Below, piece after piece: positions 34,332 through 48,133 of a DNA stretch of 64,000 bases. Each line of letters begins with the position of its first letter. Within the stretch, counting starts at the first letter, position 1. The DNA comes from Eledone cirrhosa (taxonomy: Eukaryota). Location of the stretch: the NCBI GenBank assembly GCA_964016885.1, contig OZ024740.1, positions 173,848,001-173,912,000 of the forward strand. Reading direction: 5' to 3'. Position numbers and translations under genes: made by a program. Below the pieces are notes generated by a model. The model searched no databases, was not told the origin of the DNA, and saw nothing but the letters and a program-made list of their open reading frames with translations.

Positions 34332-34439
<108 letters not shown>

Positions 34440-34479
34440 TATATATATGTATATATACGTATATATATATAAATATATA

Positions 34480-35718
34480 AACCTTTTCATGGTATGGTGG
34501 GAAAGGAGACTTAAAGATCTCCTTAATGAAAGCTCCATAGACCTCATCATGTACTCTCGTTATGTAGACGATATCAATATAGTTATAAGAACACCCCCAC
34601 TAGAGAGCACTAACAAGTTTGATTTAGAACGTAGCACGATGGAAAGCATCCAGCAGATAGCTAATTCCATACACCAGAGTATAACTGTAACTATAGACTT
34701 CCCTTCCAAACACCCTAACAATAGACTACCTGTATTAGACACAGAACTCTGGATTAACACTATAGACGAGAGAGCCCAAATTCTCCACTCACACTATGCT
34801 AAACCCATGGCCTCCAAATACCTGATACTCAAAAACTCAGCAATGTCCAGTAGTGCTAAGTTTAATATTCTGATCGCAGATTTGGTACGAGTGATGAAGA
34901 ATGTGTCCAGCATGTGCGACCCAACAGAAATGGAAGGACACATCCAACACTTCATCAACCGCATGCAGTTCTCTGGCTACAACCAAAGAGACAGAGTCAG
35001 AGTATACGAAGGAGCCATGGAAAAGTATAAGACCCTCATAGAACTGGACATGAAAGGAATTTGCCCACTATACAGGAGCAAATCATGGAATAGCTTAGAT
35101 AGGGCTAGACATAAGATAGGGAAGGCCACATCATGGTACGACAACCAGAGATATCAGAGTGTCATGTTTGTGGACGCCACCCCTGGAGGGAAATTAGCTA
35201 ACCAGTGTAGAAAGGCCCTGAGAAAGACCCACTTAAAAATAAAGGTGGTAGAAAAGCCAGGAACCACCATAAAATCCATGATCAGCAAAACCTACCCTTT
35301 TAAGAAAACCCACTGTACCAATAGGAAATGTATCATTTGTAAGGTGAACCCCCGGATAAACTGTAAAACTAGAAACGTAGTCTATAGCATAAGATGTACA
35401 GAGGGTACTTGCAGAAACATGACAACAACATACATAGGTGAGACAGCTCGTAGCATAGGTGAAAGGATAGACCAACACTGGGGGGAACTAAAAGGACGAA
35501 AAAACGGGTCAGTACTATACGAACATGCTAGACAACAACATGACGGTAACATAGACAACATAGAAATTAGAATAATATCTAAACATAGGAATGACCCAGC
35601 AGATAGGCAAATCAGAGAGGCCAGTGAAATAGAAATTAGAAGACCAAAGCTAAACAGAAAGAATGAGTGGAACAACAACAACACCCAAACAAACAACACT
35701 GACCTAAGAGAAGTATAA
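34480..35718 (+). pseudogene. PLE RT C-terminal half + GIY-YIG (open frame, 5'-truncated)
   Basis: NLFM, YSRYVDD, LPVLD, CTNRKCIIC, VVYSIRC...YIGETARS, EH, RQIREA, LN; the annotated ATG lies in the microsatellite. Confidence 0.85.
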
Positions 35719-36240
35719 ATAAGTAAATAAAATTAAATAAAATAAGATAAATAAATACATACACAAGCACATAAACACACACTAGTCACCCAGCAGACAC
35801 AACACTATACACACTAGTCACACATCACACTATACACACACGCAAACGCATGCGCAAAGAAGACAAAATAAAATAAGATAAACAAACAAGCAAATAAATA
35901 AATAAATATATAGACAGACTGAACAAAAAAAAAATGGCGTAGACATACAACACAACAGGAGGAACAATGAATATAACACCACTGACGATGTTGCAGGTGT
36001 GCAACGAAAGATTTATGTAAATTATGTAAACTATATATATGTGTTTGTGTCTATATTGTATCTGTATTATTTTTGACCGCCGGTCAGTCAATGGCAACAT
36101 TGAGGACCGAGTAAGTTAGATCGCAGATATATATATATAAAAGACAGCGAGAAGCGAAAACCAACCAAACAGTGAGTGTGTTCTGTTATTAATTCTGGCA
36201 ATATTACGCAAATATGACCCTCCCCAAATATAACAATATA
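34480..36240 (+). mobile_element. 5'-truncated Penelope-like retroelement
   Basis: Uninterrupted RT-end/GIY-YIG frame plus ~520 bp 3' UTR; second copy at 4646-6031 (-). Confidence 0.9.
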
Positions 36241-36289
36241 TATATATGTATATATACGTATATATATATATATATATATGTATATATAC

Positions 36290-36441
<152 letters not shown>

Positions 36442-36601
36442 ATAAGTATACACGGGTGTGTATGATTTTGTATAGAAGATTATATTAATAAAAGGAATTC
36501 CAACTTTGTCAGATTTACTCGTTTTATTTACAATCCTTTAAAATTATAATGGTATTAGAATGAAATAGTATGGTAGAATATTAAATGTTAAGTGTTAATT
36601 G

Positions 36602-36636
36602 AACAAGTACTTTCATGCTTTCGCAATCTTCAGGTT
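36602..36636 (-). ncRNA. Minimal type I hammerhead (inverted copy)
   Basis: Reverse complement of 36699-36733. Confidence 0.7.
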
Positions 36637-36646
36637 TATATTCTGT

Positions 36647-36688
<42 letters not shown>

Positions 36689-36698
36689 ACAGAATATA

Positions 36699-36733
36699 AA
36701 CCTGAAGATTGCGAAAGCATGAAAGTACTTGTT
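36699..36733 (+). ncRNA. Minimal type I hammerhead ribozyme
   Basis: aac-CTGAAGA-t tgc gaaa gca t-GAAA-gtac-TT-gtt. Confidence 0.7.
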
Positions 36734-36888
36734 CAATTAACACTTAACATTTAATATTCTACCATACTATTTCATTCTAATACCATTATAATTTTAAAGG
36801 ATTGTAAATAAAACGAGTAAATCTGACAAAGTTGGAATTCCTTTTATTAATATAATCTTCTATACACAATCATACACACCCGTGTATA

Positions 36889-36921
<33 letters not shown>

Positions 36922-37309
36922 GTATGAAAATTGCAAACTTGACTGTCACCACAGAATATGAACCTGAAGACAATACCCTGCTTATCACTATAAATGGAAA
37001 CTTAGTGCAATTTGTAGCCTACTACTATGAAGTCAATGTACACCCATCCCATAGCTTTCGTCTGTCCCCTCTCTATCTCTCCCTCTCTCTCCATTTCCCC
37101 CTCTCTCTCTCTCCTTCTCTCGCCCTAGGTACACCTCCCTCCCTCTCCACATCTATGAACCTGCCCTCTGTGGCAATAAATAATTCCAACCTTGACTATC
37201 AACGCATCGCTTAAGGTGGTCGCTTTAAGAGTAACCAGTATAATAAAACCCCTACTACAACATTTTGATTAAGATATCTACAAACCACTCTCTCCCATTT
37301 CTCCAACCC

Positions 37310-37380
<71 letters not shown>

Positions 37381-37458
37381 CTTCTTTTCTCTCTTCCTTT
37401 TCTACTCTATCTTCCCCAATAACCCCACTTAAGTGTATTTACATTTTACATTTTAACC

Positions 37459-37582
37459 ATTCTGCTCTGATGATACAGTGCTCACAGCATTTGATAATTG
37501 AGTTTTGCAAATAGTTATAAATTTGCACATAGAATAACTAGGGTGTATAACCACCGTGGAAACATTTGTAAGCACACAGAAT
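37459..37582 (+). ncRNA. Type I hammerhead ribozyme with long stem II, upstream of the PLE ORF
   Basis: attctgct-CTGATGA-tacagtg...caccgtg-GAAA-catttg-TA-agca cac agaat. Confidence 0.8.
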
Positions 37583-37819
37583 AAATTACCTTTTTATGAT
37601 GTCTACCTGTTATTATTCATTCTTTATCTACACTCCGGAATACAGAAGGATCAGGAACTGAGTTTCTTCAACTATTCTTCCATAACTCGTTAAGTAACCC
37701 CTCACCGTACGTCAACTCTATCCAGTGTAGTAATTAACCATTACTTCATCCAGGATAATCCTATACCTAATAATCGCCTCCTACACAGTTGAGCAACCAC
37801 ACCGACATACGGCAGTAAT

Positions 37820-39140
37820 ATGGAAAGGCATCATATAGGTATGTCACTTAAAAACATACCTATACCTAACAAAAGGGAATACATTCTGGGTATGATACAA
37901 CGCAATAATGACTTCATTCGGCGTGTACGATGGAAGGCTTTCCATTTCGATAAGGGACACGCCAGTCACTCGTCTGAATCATATGGTTTTAAGTCATGTA
38001 AAAACCCACCCACAAACCCCCATCTCGATGCTTTCGAACAAGACTTAATGAATACGACCATGAATATTAAGTTTACCAAACATAGAAGTAATGAGCTGCA
38101 GAGCAACATGAAAGCACTACTCCGAAGACTGAAAAATACCAATGGAATTGTTGTGAAAGCTGACAAGACCTCTAACCTGACAAGACCTCTAACGTGTATA
38201 CCATGGATATCCATACATACAACAGCTTCATACGCAAAGAACTACACAAGAAATATAGAAAAACAAGTGAAACTATGCTAGCAAATATTAACAACGAGGC
38301 ATACAAGGTGGTGAAGAATCTCAAGATAGACGATAGACCGAGCCGATTATACCCGCAACCCCCACATTTAACCTGAAGGACCATAAGGTAAATTTTGACT
38401 CTAGCCCTAAGATTAGACTTATATGCCCTTCTAAATCAGACCTAGGAAAAATTAGCAAACATATACTTGACAGAGTAATAACTCAATTGAAAAAGAAAAT
38501 AGAAATTAAATTATGGGGCAACACTAGCGAAGCAATTCGCTGGTTTAATAACATTAAGAACAAGAATAAATCTAAGTTTATGCAATTTGACATAGACGAA
38601 TACTACTCTTCAATCTCACCCGGCACTTTATATATATATATATATTTACGTAAGGCCCTATCGTTTGCTAAAGTCAATTCCGACCTAACGGAGGACGAAA
38701 TTAATATTATTCTAGAGGCTAGAAAAATTATTATCAAGTTTGATAACTGCTACTGGGAAGGTAAGGACAGACCCACAAACTTCGACATTACCATGGGCTC
38801 CAACGACTCAGCGGAGGTCACCGATCTTGTGGGAATTTACTAAATTTACTACATGGTATATTTAGTAATCTACAGGGGGGAATATATAGAGATGACGGGC
38901 TCTTATTAGTTAATAACTTAAATAACCAAAATCTTGAAAGGCTACGGAAAAACATTAGAAAATCTTTTAATGAACTGGGTCTAAAAATAACGTACGAATA
39001 CAATCTTAAAGTAGTAAATTTTCTAGACGTAACTCTTAATTTAAATACCGGACTGAGACGACCCTTCCACAAGATAAATGAGAACCTTACTTATATCAAT
39101 TTTAACTCAACCCACCCACTTTCCATGATCAAATCGGTTC
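37820..39140 (+). pseudogene. Disrupted PLE RT (YRDD type)
   Basis: SLKNIPIP, RRVRWKAFHF, VKADKTSN, QFDIDEYYSSI, FDITMGSNDSAEV, GIYRDDGL, VNFLDVTL; frameshifts, a short duplication at ~38161-38193, and a TA insertion at ~38629-38645. Confidence 0.85.
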
Positions 39141-39319
39141 TATTATGCGCATTACAAAAACAAATATCATCATGGGATGATATTTGTGTTCTAATTCAGA
39201 TAAAATAGGGAGACACGATATGAAGCTTAAAAATCACTTGCGAGCAGTGAAGTGTTAAATCAACATATTTTGATTTTATATTATTTATACTCCAGTCCTA
39301 TAAACTGTTGAGCGCGACA

Positions 39320-40344
39320 TCAGCATACTTCTGGAGCGGCTTGTTTTGGCTTTGACTGGGGCATGTTGCGCGAGTAGGATGGACATAGTTCGTTTGGGGC
39401 CTGGGGTGAGCGAATCTGCAGCCCATCCCTGTCTCTCCATGCCAGCAGGTCCTGTTCCTGAAGAACTTGCACACGTTACCTGGGTTTTCTTGCTCCCAGT
39501 GTCTCAGTGCTTTCTGTTCTTCTTTTAGACAGTTGTCCACTGGTCCCTCTGCGCTTGGTTCTCCTTCGGAAGGTGATTTCGCTTCTCACCTTTACCGTTT
39601 GCTTGTTGGTTGCCCGGCCTGCCCTCCCTGACTGTGCCGGCGGGTAGCTCATTTTCTTTCAGGTCCGTGCTTGTGCTTTCTTCCTTTTCTTTTTCTTCTC
39701 CTTTCTCCTCGTTTTTCTCCTCCTTGAGGACACGGCTTAGCGTCGCCATATGTGGCGCTATGAGGACATAGGCCTTCCTGATATCTTTTCTTTTTCTCTC
39801 TATCTGCGCCAGAGTCCTCAGAAACCCATGGTTCTTCAGGGTCTCCGCAATCCTTTTGCTTGGTTGTGACCCATCAGCCAGGCTCCACCCCTTGATCAAA
39901 ACCGCTAGTTCCCTCTTTGACCAGTTTCGCTGACTCCTAATTTCACCTTTTCCCTGTATGCAGTCCATTTCGCTATGGAGGGGAGAAAGAGAGTTAGCGG
40001 GAAGGGTAGGGGAGAGGTTAGAGAGGGACAGAGAGAGATATAAGTCCAGTGAGAAATTTAAGGAGCGATTTAGAGGGAAGGAGAGAGAGAACTTGTGCGA
40101 TCTAGAGAGAGAGATAAAGAAAAGAAGAAAAAAAGAAAGGGGAGAGAGACAGAAGAGAGGCGCGAGAGAGATAGCGGGAAGAGTGGGGGGAAAGGTTAGA
40201 GAGAGAAAGAGAGGGAGATAGATAGGTCCGGTGAGAAATTCAAGGTGCGATTTAGAGAGAGAGAGAGAGAAGAGAGCTTGTGTGATCTAGAGAGAGAGAT
40301 AGAGAGAGGGGAAGGAAGAAGGAGAGACAGCATGAGAAATAACA

Positions 40345-40382
<38 letters not shown>

Positions 40383-40405
40383 TAGCAACGTGGAGTGGTC
40401 AAAGA
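39320..40405 (-). mobile_element. Inverted 5' part of the LINE at 41196-44448 (putative 5' UTR plus ORF1)
   Basis: 39325-39680 is the reverse complement of 41196-41555; ORF 39525-39968 begins with a Myb/SANT-like WSKREL..LI..W...IAETL...GF.RT..QI..K. Confidence 0.75.
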
Positions 40406-41088
40406 CAACTATAAATATTAATAATTAATATCGTTCAAAGAAGATTTAAACACCGAAACAAAGTGAAAAACAAATGATATCAACATGAAATATAAAAGGA
40501 GACAGAATAAATTAAGATAAAATAAAATAAGATAAATTTAAAATAAATTAAATGAATGAAACCCAAATAAGTTAAAGATATAGAATCACGAAGATTTATA
40601 TAAGTTGATTTCAAATGTAGGTATCGATTTGTTTACAAATACAAATAACGGGAACCGAATATAGTGAACCGTAGTTATTGTAATATCAATATATGAAAAA
40701 CAACAACAAACACACATGCTCACCGAGTCAAAAATAAAAATAAAATTATATTAAATTATGTTACTCAAAATAAAACAAAATATTACAAAATTATATAAAA
40801 TTAAATTAAATTACGTTAATTAACTAGCTTTCTATACTCTGTATGGTAGACAAAGAAAGCACATGTGTGTGTGTGTTGTTTTTAGGAGAATATCACACGG
40901 TGAGGATAAACCCATTTAAAACGCTAACACACGTAAAATAATCGCGTCAAAGTACAGATACTTATCTCTTTCATATGTTTTCCTTGTTTTCTGAAAAATT
41001 ACAATTCATAACTCCGATTTCTGTCGATTTAAAATTTAAAATCTCGACGGTCAGGAAAGCACATCCGTATCAACAAGCTGCCAAATAC

Positions 41089-41130
<42 letters not shown>

Positions 41131-41195
41131 CAAAGTTATAGAAAGTATTGTAGCAAGAAGCCAACAGTATTCCATAATATATAAGAATAATATAA

Positions 41196-44100
41196 GAAAG
41201 CACAAGCACGGACCTGAAAGAAAATGAGCTACCCGCCGGCACAGTCAGGGAGGCAGGCCGGGCAACCAACAAGCAAACGGTAAAGGTGAGAAGCGAAATC
41301 ACCTTCCGAAGGAGAACCAAGCGCAGAGGGACCAGTGGACAACTGTCTAAAAGAAGAACAGAAAGCACTGAGATACTGGGAGCAAGAAAACCCAGGTAAC
41401 GTGTGCAAGTTCTTCAGGAACGGGACCTGCTGGCATGGAGAGACAGGGATGGGCTGCAAATTCGCTCACCCCAGGCCCCAAACGAACTATGTCCATCCTA
41501 CTCGCGCAACATGCCCCAGTCAAAGCCAAAACAAGCCGCTCCAGAAGTATGCTGCTGTCGCGCGTGCTGCGACAACAAGGAGAAGGCACACACATGCCGA
41601 CGAGATACAGATGGCAGAGAAGTTTGTGGGACAGCTGACCTGGCTGGATCATTTTCAGAGCCAGGGTCACACACAGCAACACTCGAGACCATCACAATTA
41701 AGGGACCCATAGTGGCCGCCGCTGACACCAGGCCAGGTGTCATAACGACAGCCATTGCTGGCACCCCAAAAGTCACACCAGTGCTGCTGCTGAATGTCAG
41801 AGGCCTGGTGAAACTCACTAAGAGTAAAATTTCCTACCTGGGAGACTTAACCATAAGCAATCAAGCATTATGCATGGCACTAACCGAAACGCACCTGACA
41901 AACAGTATAGCAGATGCAGAAATACATTTACCGAAATATACTGTATTTCGTTCGGACAGGGAGGAGAGAACTCATGGTGGGGTTGCTCTGTATATCCGTG
42001 AAGATGTCACACCAATTGTACTGTTGACACATTCAAACTCAGTCAGTGACACACTGATAGTACATATGAAGCAACTAAAGACAGTAATATGTGTCACATA
42101 TCGGCCGCCCGATGCTCCCAGTCATGAGGGTAAATTTGAGGATAGCCTCAGTAGGATAGAAGAGGTCCTTGACAAACTGGACCAGGGTCTCAACATTCTA
42201 CTGCTGGGAGACTTCAACCTGCCAAAGGACAAATGGCCTGAGGGCCACCTCCTCGCTGGAATGACGTCAATAGAACAGAGACAGACGGAATCCCTGCTGG
42301 CCCTCATACACAGGCTGTTTATGGAACAAGCAGTACTCTTCCCAACAAGAAGCGAAAATGTCCTGGACCTCTGTTTTATAAACAACGAAGTGCTCATCCA
42401 CAATGTAAACGTGACACCAACAATTTTCTCGGATCATAACGTAGTAGAACTAATGATATGTGGTCCGAGAGAACCAACAGAGACAAAACCACCAAGAAGC
42501 ACCGGGACGTTATCCAGCCTTAACTTCTACAAGGCTAACTGGAAAAAGATCAAGAGAGAAATCCAGAAGCAAATATGGAGCGAAAACACCGCCACAGAAG
42601 ACACCAACACACAATTTACACACTTCATGACAACGATACACACTATATGCAAAAAATTTGTCCCGGAGAAAAAGGCAAACAGACCAAAAATCTTATCTCA
42701 GAGATAGGAAAATCCTTATGAGACGTAGAACCAAGCTCTCAAACCAGTTGAATGCACAACAAGAAAACAAAAACAAGAAGGAATCCTATTTGAAACGTGC
42801 ACTACTTGACACCGAGATTGCAATCAAACTTTCCCATGAAAATGAGAGGGCAAAGAAAGAAAGCAGGGCCATAGAAAATATTAAAACAAACCCTAAGGCC
42901 TTCTTTAAATTTGCAAAAGAAATTGCCTCGGTACACTGCAAGATTGGGCCACTCTTCCATACAGACGGTCCATTAACCGAGAATCCCTAAGAGATATGTG
43001 AAATACTAAACAAACAATACAAAAGTGTGTTCACATGTCCACTGAGGCACATGCAAATAACAAAGCCAGAAGAGTTCTTTGATGCCACAACACTACGTGA
43101 AGAAACGGCGACCATCAACCACATAGACATAACGGATGAGGATGTGGTATACGCCATAGGTGAAATTAGAACAGACTCAGCTGCTGGACCTGATGGATTC
43201 CCAGCAGTCCTCTTAAAAACATGTAAGCAGGCCTTAGCAACTCCACTGAAGACGCTCTTCAGAAGCTCCTTGGCTAGCGGTATATTACCCAGAGAGCTGA
43301 AAGAAGGCACAATATGCCCTATCCATAAAGCAGAGCGGAGGCCAAAAACTATAGGCCAGTCTCCCTGACGTCGCATATCAGTAAGGTCATGGAGCGAGTC
43401 GTCAGAAAGAAACTGATTACTTTTCTCGAGAAAAATGACCGCCTGACTAGCACGCAGCATGGCTTCCGCCCAGGAAGAAGCTGCCTTACACAGCTGCTAC
43501 ATCACTACGACTGGATACTGAAACAACTGCTAGACAGCTCACATGTGGACGTGATATATCTTGACTTTGCGAAGGTCTTTGACAAGGTCGACCACGGAAT
43601 GATATGTCACAAACTACACGGACTCGGCATAACTGGAAAAGTAGGCGAGTGGCTGCATGGCTTCCTAAGGGACAGAAGCCAGACAGCCGCAGCAAACGGG
43701 GCCCTCTCAAAGGAAACATCAGTAACAAGTGGGGTACCCCAAGGGAGAGTCCTGGGACCATTACTGTTTTTGGTGGCTCTCTCAGATATGCCCTCTGTAG
43801 TACATACAACAACATCCCTCACTAGTTATGCTGATGGCACTAAGGTAGCACAGGCAATCAAAACCCCGGCTGACGCTGTCCTTTTACAACAATATCTGGA
43901 TGCCATATACAAATGGGCGGAAGAAAACAACATGCAGTTTAATGCTGGCAAATTCCAAGCCCTACAATACAAACCTGCAAACACAAATACAGTACAACAC
44001 AGTTACGCAGGACCAGGAGGGACCGATATCCCCGTGTCAAAATCGATACGAGACCTAGGTATAGACATGAGCGATGATGCATCTTTTTTCTCACACATCA

Positions 44101-44448
44101 TGAAAGTGGCGAAAATGTGCAGACGACTCGCTGGCTGGATCTTGAGGACTTTCCGGACAAGAGACCGAGACACCATGTTGACACTATGGCCTAAGCCGCC
44201 TGGACTATTGCTCCCAGTTGTGGTCACCCCATAGTGTCAAACTAACCACGGAGCTTGAGGCAATCCAGCGAAGCTACACCAAGAGCATTGCCACGATGAA
44301 GGAGATAAGCTACTGGGAGAGGCTAAAAGAACTGAACCTCGACTCCCTGGAACGAAGACGGGAGAGATACGCAGTAATCTACATGTGGAAAATCCTGGAG
44401 GGACTAGCACCAAACTTTGGCATTGAGAGCTGGACCAACCGTCGAACA
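41196..44448 (+). mobile_element. CR1-group (CR1/L2/Crack/Daphne-like) non-LTR retrotransposon, disrupted
   Basis: ORF1 end with CCCH finger; APE endonuclease NVRGL, LTETHL, GGVALY, YRPP, GDFN, LD, SDHN; RT QHGFR..RSC, YLDFAKVFDKVDH, GVPQG.VLGPLLF, YADG (mutated YADD). Confidence 0.9.
41700..44448 (+). pseudogene. LINE ORF2 (APE + RT) broken into several frames
   Basis: Pieces 41403-42707, 42658-42990, 43027-43368, 43389-44234 and 44218-44448 are consecutive parts of one ORF2. Confidence 0.85.
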
Positions 44449-44456
44449 TACATATA

Positions 44457-44529
<73 letters not shown>

Positions 44530-44544
44530 GTATATATATATATG

Positions 44545-44607
<63 letters not shown>

Positions 44608-44613
44608 ATATAT

Positions 44614-44651
<38 letters not shown>

Positions 44652-44655
44652 GTTT

Positions 44656-44687
<32 letters not shown>

Positions 44688-44689
44688 TA

Positions 44690-45182
44690 GTAAAAAGGAA
44701 AAGAAAATGTTGATAAATTTTTCCCAGTGAAAAATAGTTTAATTAGGAATAAGTATAAATTAGTAATAAGTATTAGTTAGTATTCAGTTTTAGTTTTAAG
44801 TTTTTACCGGTTGCGCATTTCTTATGCTTTTCAAAAATAATTTTGAGATAGAGTGCTCGTGATTTTTTGCTCTGATCTGATCAGTTTTGGAAATTCTTCC
44901 TGTTTTATGTGAAAAAAGTGGCTCCAGAGGTATTAAGATTTGGTTGGTTGTTGAATGTCACGTGAATAAGCACTCTAAATTTCGCGCCAATTCGTGTTGC
45001 AAAAATTCTTGTAGTCAAAATAATTTTGATTGGTCGGTAGAAGTCACGTGAATGTTTAAATTGATTTTAGCGCGAACTGGTTTCGCGCCAAATGTAGGTT
45101 TGTCGAAGAGTGTCCTTTTCCGCTTGATTGAGTTGCAGTCATGTTGAGAGGTCAACAGTTCAGGTGTCTATTAAGACAAACA

Positions 45183-45213
<31 letters not shown>

Positions 45214-45433
45214 CTGTCTGTATGTTAGTGTGCGCGTGTGCATGCACACGCGCACACTAACATACAGACAGACATACACACACACACACTTCTCCGTTTA
45301 AGACAAGAGCCGAAAAATATGTTTCAACATGTTAAAATAACCCCCCCCCCACACACACACACGTACACACACACGTACACACACATTCCTACTGACCGAT
45401 TCATTTCCATTATCACAACAATGAACCACTTTG

Positions 45434-45492
<59 letters not shown>

Positions 45493-45620
45493 TTTGTCTA
45501 TTAAGACACTTGAACTGTTGACCTCTCAACATGACTGCAACTCAATCAAGCGGAAAAGGACACTCTTCGACAAACCTACATTTGGCGCGAAACCAGCTCG
45601 CGCTAAAATCAATTTGAAAC
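44690..45620 (-). mobile_element. Non-coding Neptune-like PLE 3' end with a fold-back duplication
   Basis: 44700-45100 is the reverse complement of ~14340-14790; 45056-45180 is inverted at 45493-45617; palindrome centred near 45242. Confidence 0.7.
44802..44837 (-). ncRNA. Hammerhead-like motif with variant core (UUGAAAA...GCAA)
   Basis: Minus strand ttt-TTGAAAA-gcat aagaa atgc-GCAA-ccgg-TA-aaa. Confidence 0.55.
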
Positions 45621-47635
45621 AGGCGTGTAACTGAAAATATTCTCTCAGGCATATTCCTCCATATCCACCACGCAGCAAAACTCAAGGGCTTAAGACCCTT
45701 CAAATGTTTTACTTGCAGATGCACGTAAATGATGCAGGTAGCAGTTCAGGCAAAGTAAAAGGCCTACAACGCTCGTAGAAACTCATCCTCCTCTAAACTA
45801 GTTTACTCAGCAGCGCATCTCTTGCAAGATCATTACACAAATCACAAATAATATTTCCGTGCACAAAGCTCTCAAGCTCTCTTACCTCCCAAAGTTCACC
45901 CATCTTTCCGGTTCTTTGCCAAAAGAATCTTCAACTTTGCAGAATCCTCTTTTCATATACTACTTAATCATGATGTTTCTTTGAGCAATAATCTCGCAGA
46001 GTAAGCTTTCACATTATCTTCCCGCTTTGCATCAAACTACACTGCACACACTTGGTAAATCTTATCCAAATCTATATCTTTCCCCCACCATATTGCCTAC
46101 ATATAAGCCATATGCGAAAACACCCAGAATTGCTTCAAAATATGGTTGCCTTTAGGCAAAAGTAAATCTTTCAAACGTATTTCGTACGTCAGAAAACAGA
46201 AATCAAATCACAACCAAACTAACCCCCTAAACAGATTCATAAATCAATCATTAACATAACAATTAGAAAATTTCGAAGCTAAAAGAAACCGCAGGCTATA
46301 ATAATAAATAAATAAAACTAAAATTCAGAAACTTAACTAAACAACAGAAATAAAAGTATGTACAAAGCGAGATAATGGGGTTAACAAGAGAAAAGAGAAA
46401 TATATGATCCAGAGCCTACAACACTATATTGATTTGGTAGATTCCCTCCCTTGTCAGTTTACAGTAAAGTATAAATAGGAAATTAAAATTATTTAACCAG
46501 AGTTTGAAATCTTTCGAAATAAATGATCGCCTACATTTGATAAACTCCTTCTCCTTCTGTGTGTATATGTATATTTATCTATAATTGTGAGTATACCACT
46601 CATTCATTACCAAATGCGGAAAAGCTCAAAATGTTAATCTCTTATGGAAAAATACAGATCATAATTCAATTTAAGGCAAAGACCAAATATTTTATAGTTC
46701 AAATCACTTTATTCATTTTTTACGACCCTTTCGATTTATCGAAATGTAATTTCATTCTCAACAACACCTAATTTAGCAGATTATCTAGCCTCTAACAACT
46801 GATTAAGCATAATTTAATAACAGACAATATAGCTAGCTCTACCCAAACAACTGCATGGAAGGCTAGGAGTAAGATCTGTCCTCATCGAAGTGTAAGCCCA
46901 TGAAATAACCTTATTGTACATAATACCCAGGGTAACCCAATAGCTATCCATAACTGCAATTGTAGACTCCGAAAAGGTTACTCCCTTAATGGTAATTGTC
47001 TTGTATCTATCATAGTATATCAGTGCACTATTTCTGCACCTAAAGACACTAAAGCTTACATCGAATAGTTTAAAATCAAGGTACTACTCTTACATTCATT
47101 CGTTTAGAAATATAGAACTGAGGAATTCAGCCTCGCTGGGTAGTCATGTATGAAATAAAAAAAAAATTAACATCATTTACTCCCTCTCTTGGTCAGTTTT
47201 GAAAACCGCAAACTTGTGTTTATCTGAGTGCCTCTTAATAACTATGTCCAATCTAAATATATTGAATAGGAAATCGGAAATAGTTTCAACATGTCCACAC
47301 AGGAATTCCTATTCTTTTTAATATTATAAATGTGACCCTACTTAATAAACAATTAATATAAAATTTAAAATTATTTTAGGATCTTTACATTTTTACTCCG
47401 ATCCACCAATATTCTTAACACACAACATATTTCTATTACAATTGATAATTGAGTCCTATGACACTAGTATTAGAATTAAGTCCACTTAAATTTCTTTAAC
47501 TATATGTAAAAAAACACAGATATTTTTAACACTCAATTACACAAATAAGTTTATTAACCTTTAACCTAAGATACACATTCAAATGAACGCGCTATGGCAT
47601 GTTAGCTTTCTGTAAGTATTATATTATAGTTGTGT

Positions 47636-47720
47636 TTCATCCTTACGGGGTTGATAAAATAAAGTACCAGTAATACACTGGGTAATTGCTGGCCTTGTGC
47701 CAAAAGTAGAAACAATTATA
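47636..47720 (+). mobile_element. SINE 3' fragment
   Basis: gataaaataaagtaccagtaa..cactgggtaattgct.gccttgtgccaaaagt.gaaacaattat is shared with 63048-63115. Confidence 0.65.
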
Positions 47721-48133
47721 TTATAGTTGTGTTTGCATACATAAACAGTAATTTTGGCATGTGGACGTATCCTCTACATATCAGATTTTTTGTTGCTTAT
47801 ATCACGTTGCCTAATGCTAAACATTAATGCTCTTCGCTGCCTTGCTTAGGTATCTCTCACATTTGGTTTTAAAAATTCCTTTCGTTTTATGCCTATGATT
47901 TGCTTATTATCACACGCCTACCTTGTATTCCCCAAATCTAAAATTTATTTCCTGAGGAGATTAGTGAAATGTGATAATGTAATTGCAATGTTTGTTGATT
48001 TAATTAATTTATTAATTAATCTGCAAATTGTTATTGATGTTTGCAATTACATTTCGATAAATCGAAATGGTCGTAGAAATGAGTAAAGTGATTTGAACTA
48101 TAAAATCTTTAATTTTTCACCTAAATTATTTAT

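Larger units (their letters stand above)
36443..36892. repeat. ~205-bp near-perfect inverted repeat around a (TA)n spacer
   Basis: 36443-36648 is the reverse complement of 36687-36892. Confidence 0.9.
36922..39140 (+). mobile_element. PLE with 5' pLTR and ORF start, 3'-truncated
   Basis: Non-coding leader with hammerhead, then the ORF N-terminus and RT. Confidence 0.8.

Noticed and set aside
45630-46110. Possible old LINE ORF2 remnant
   Set aside because: Only faint peptide resemblance and no diagnostic motif readable
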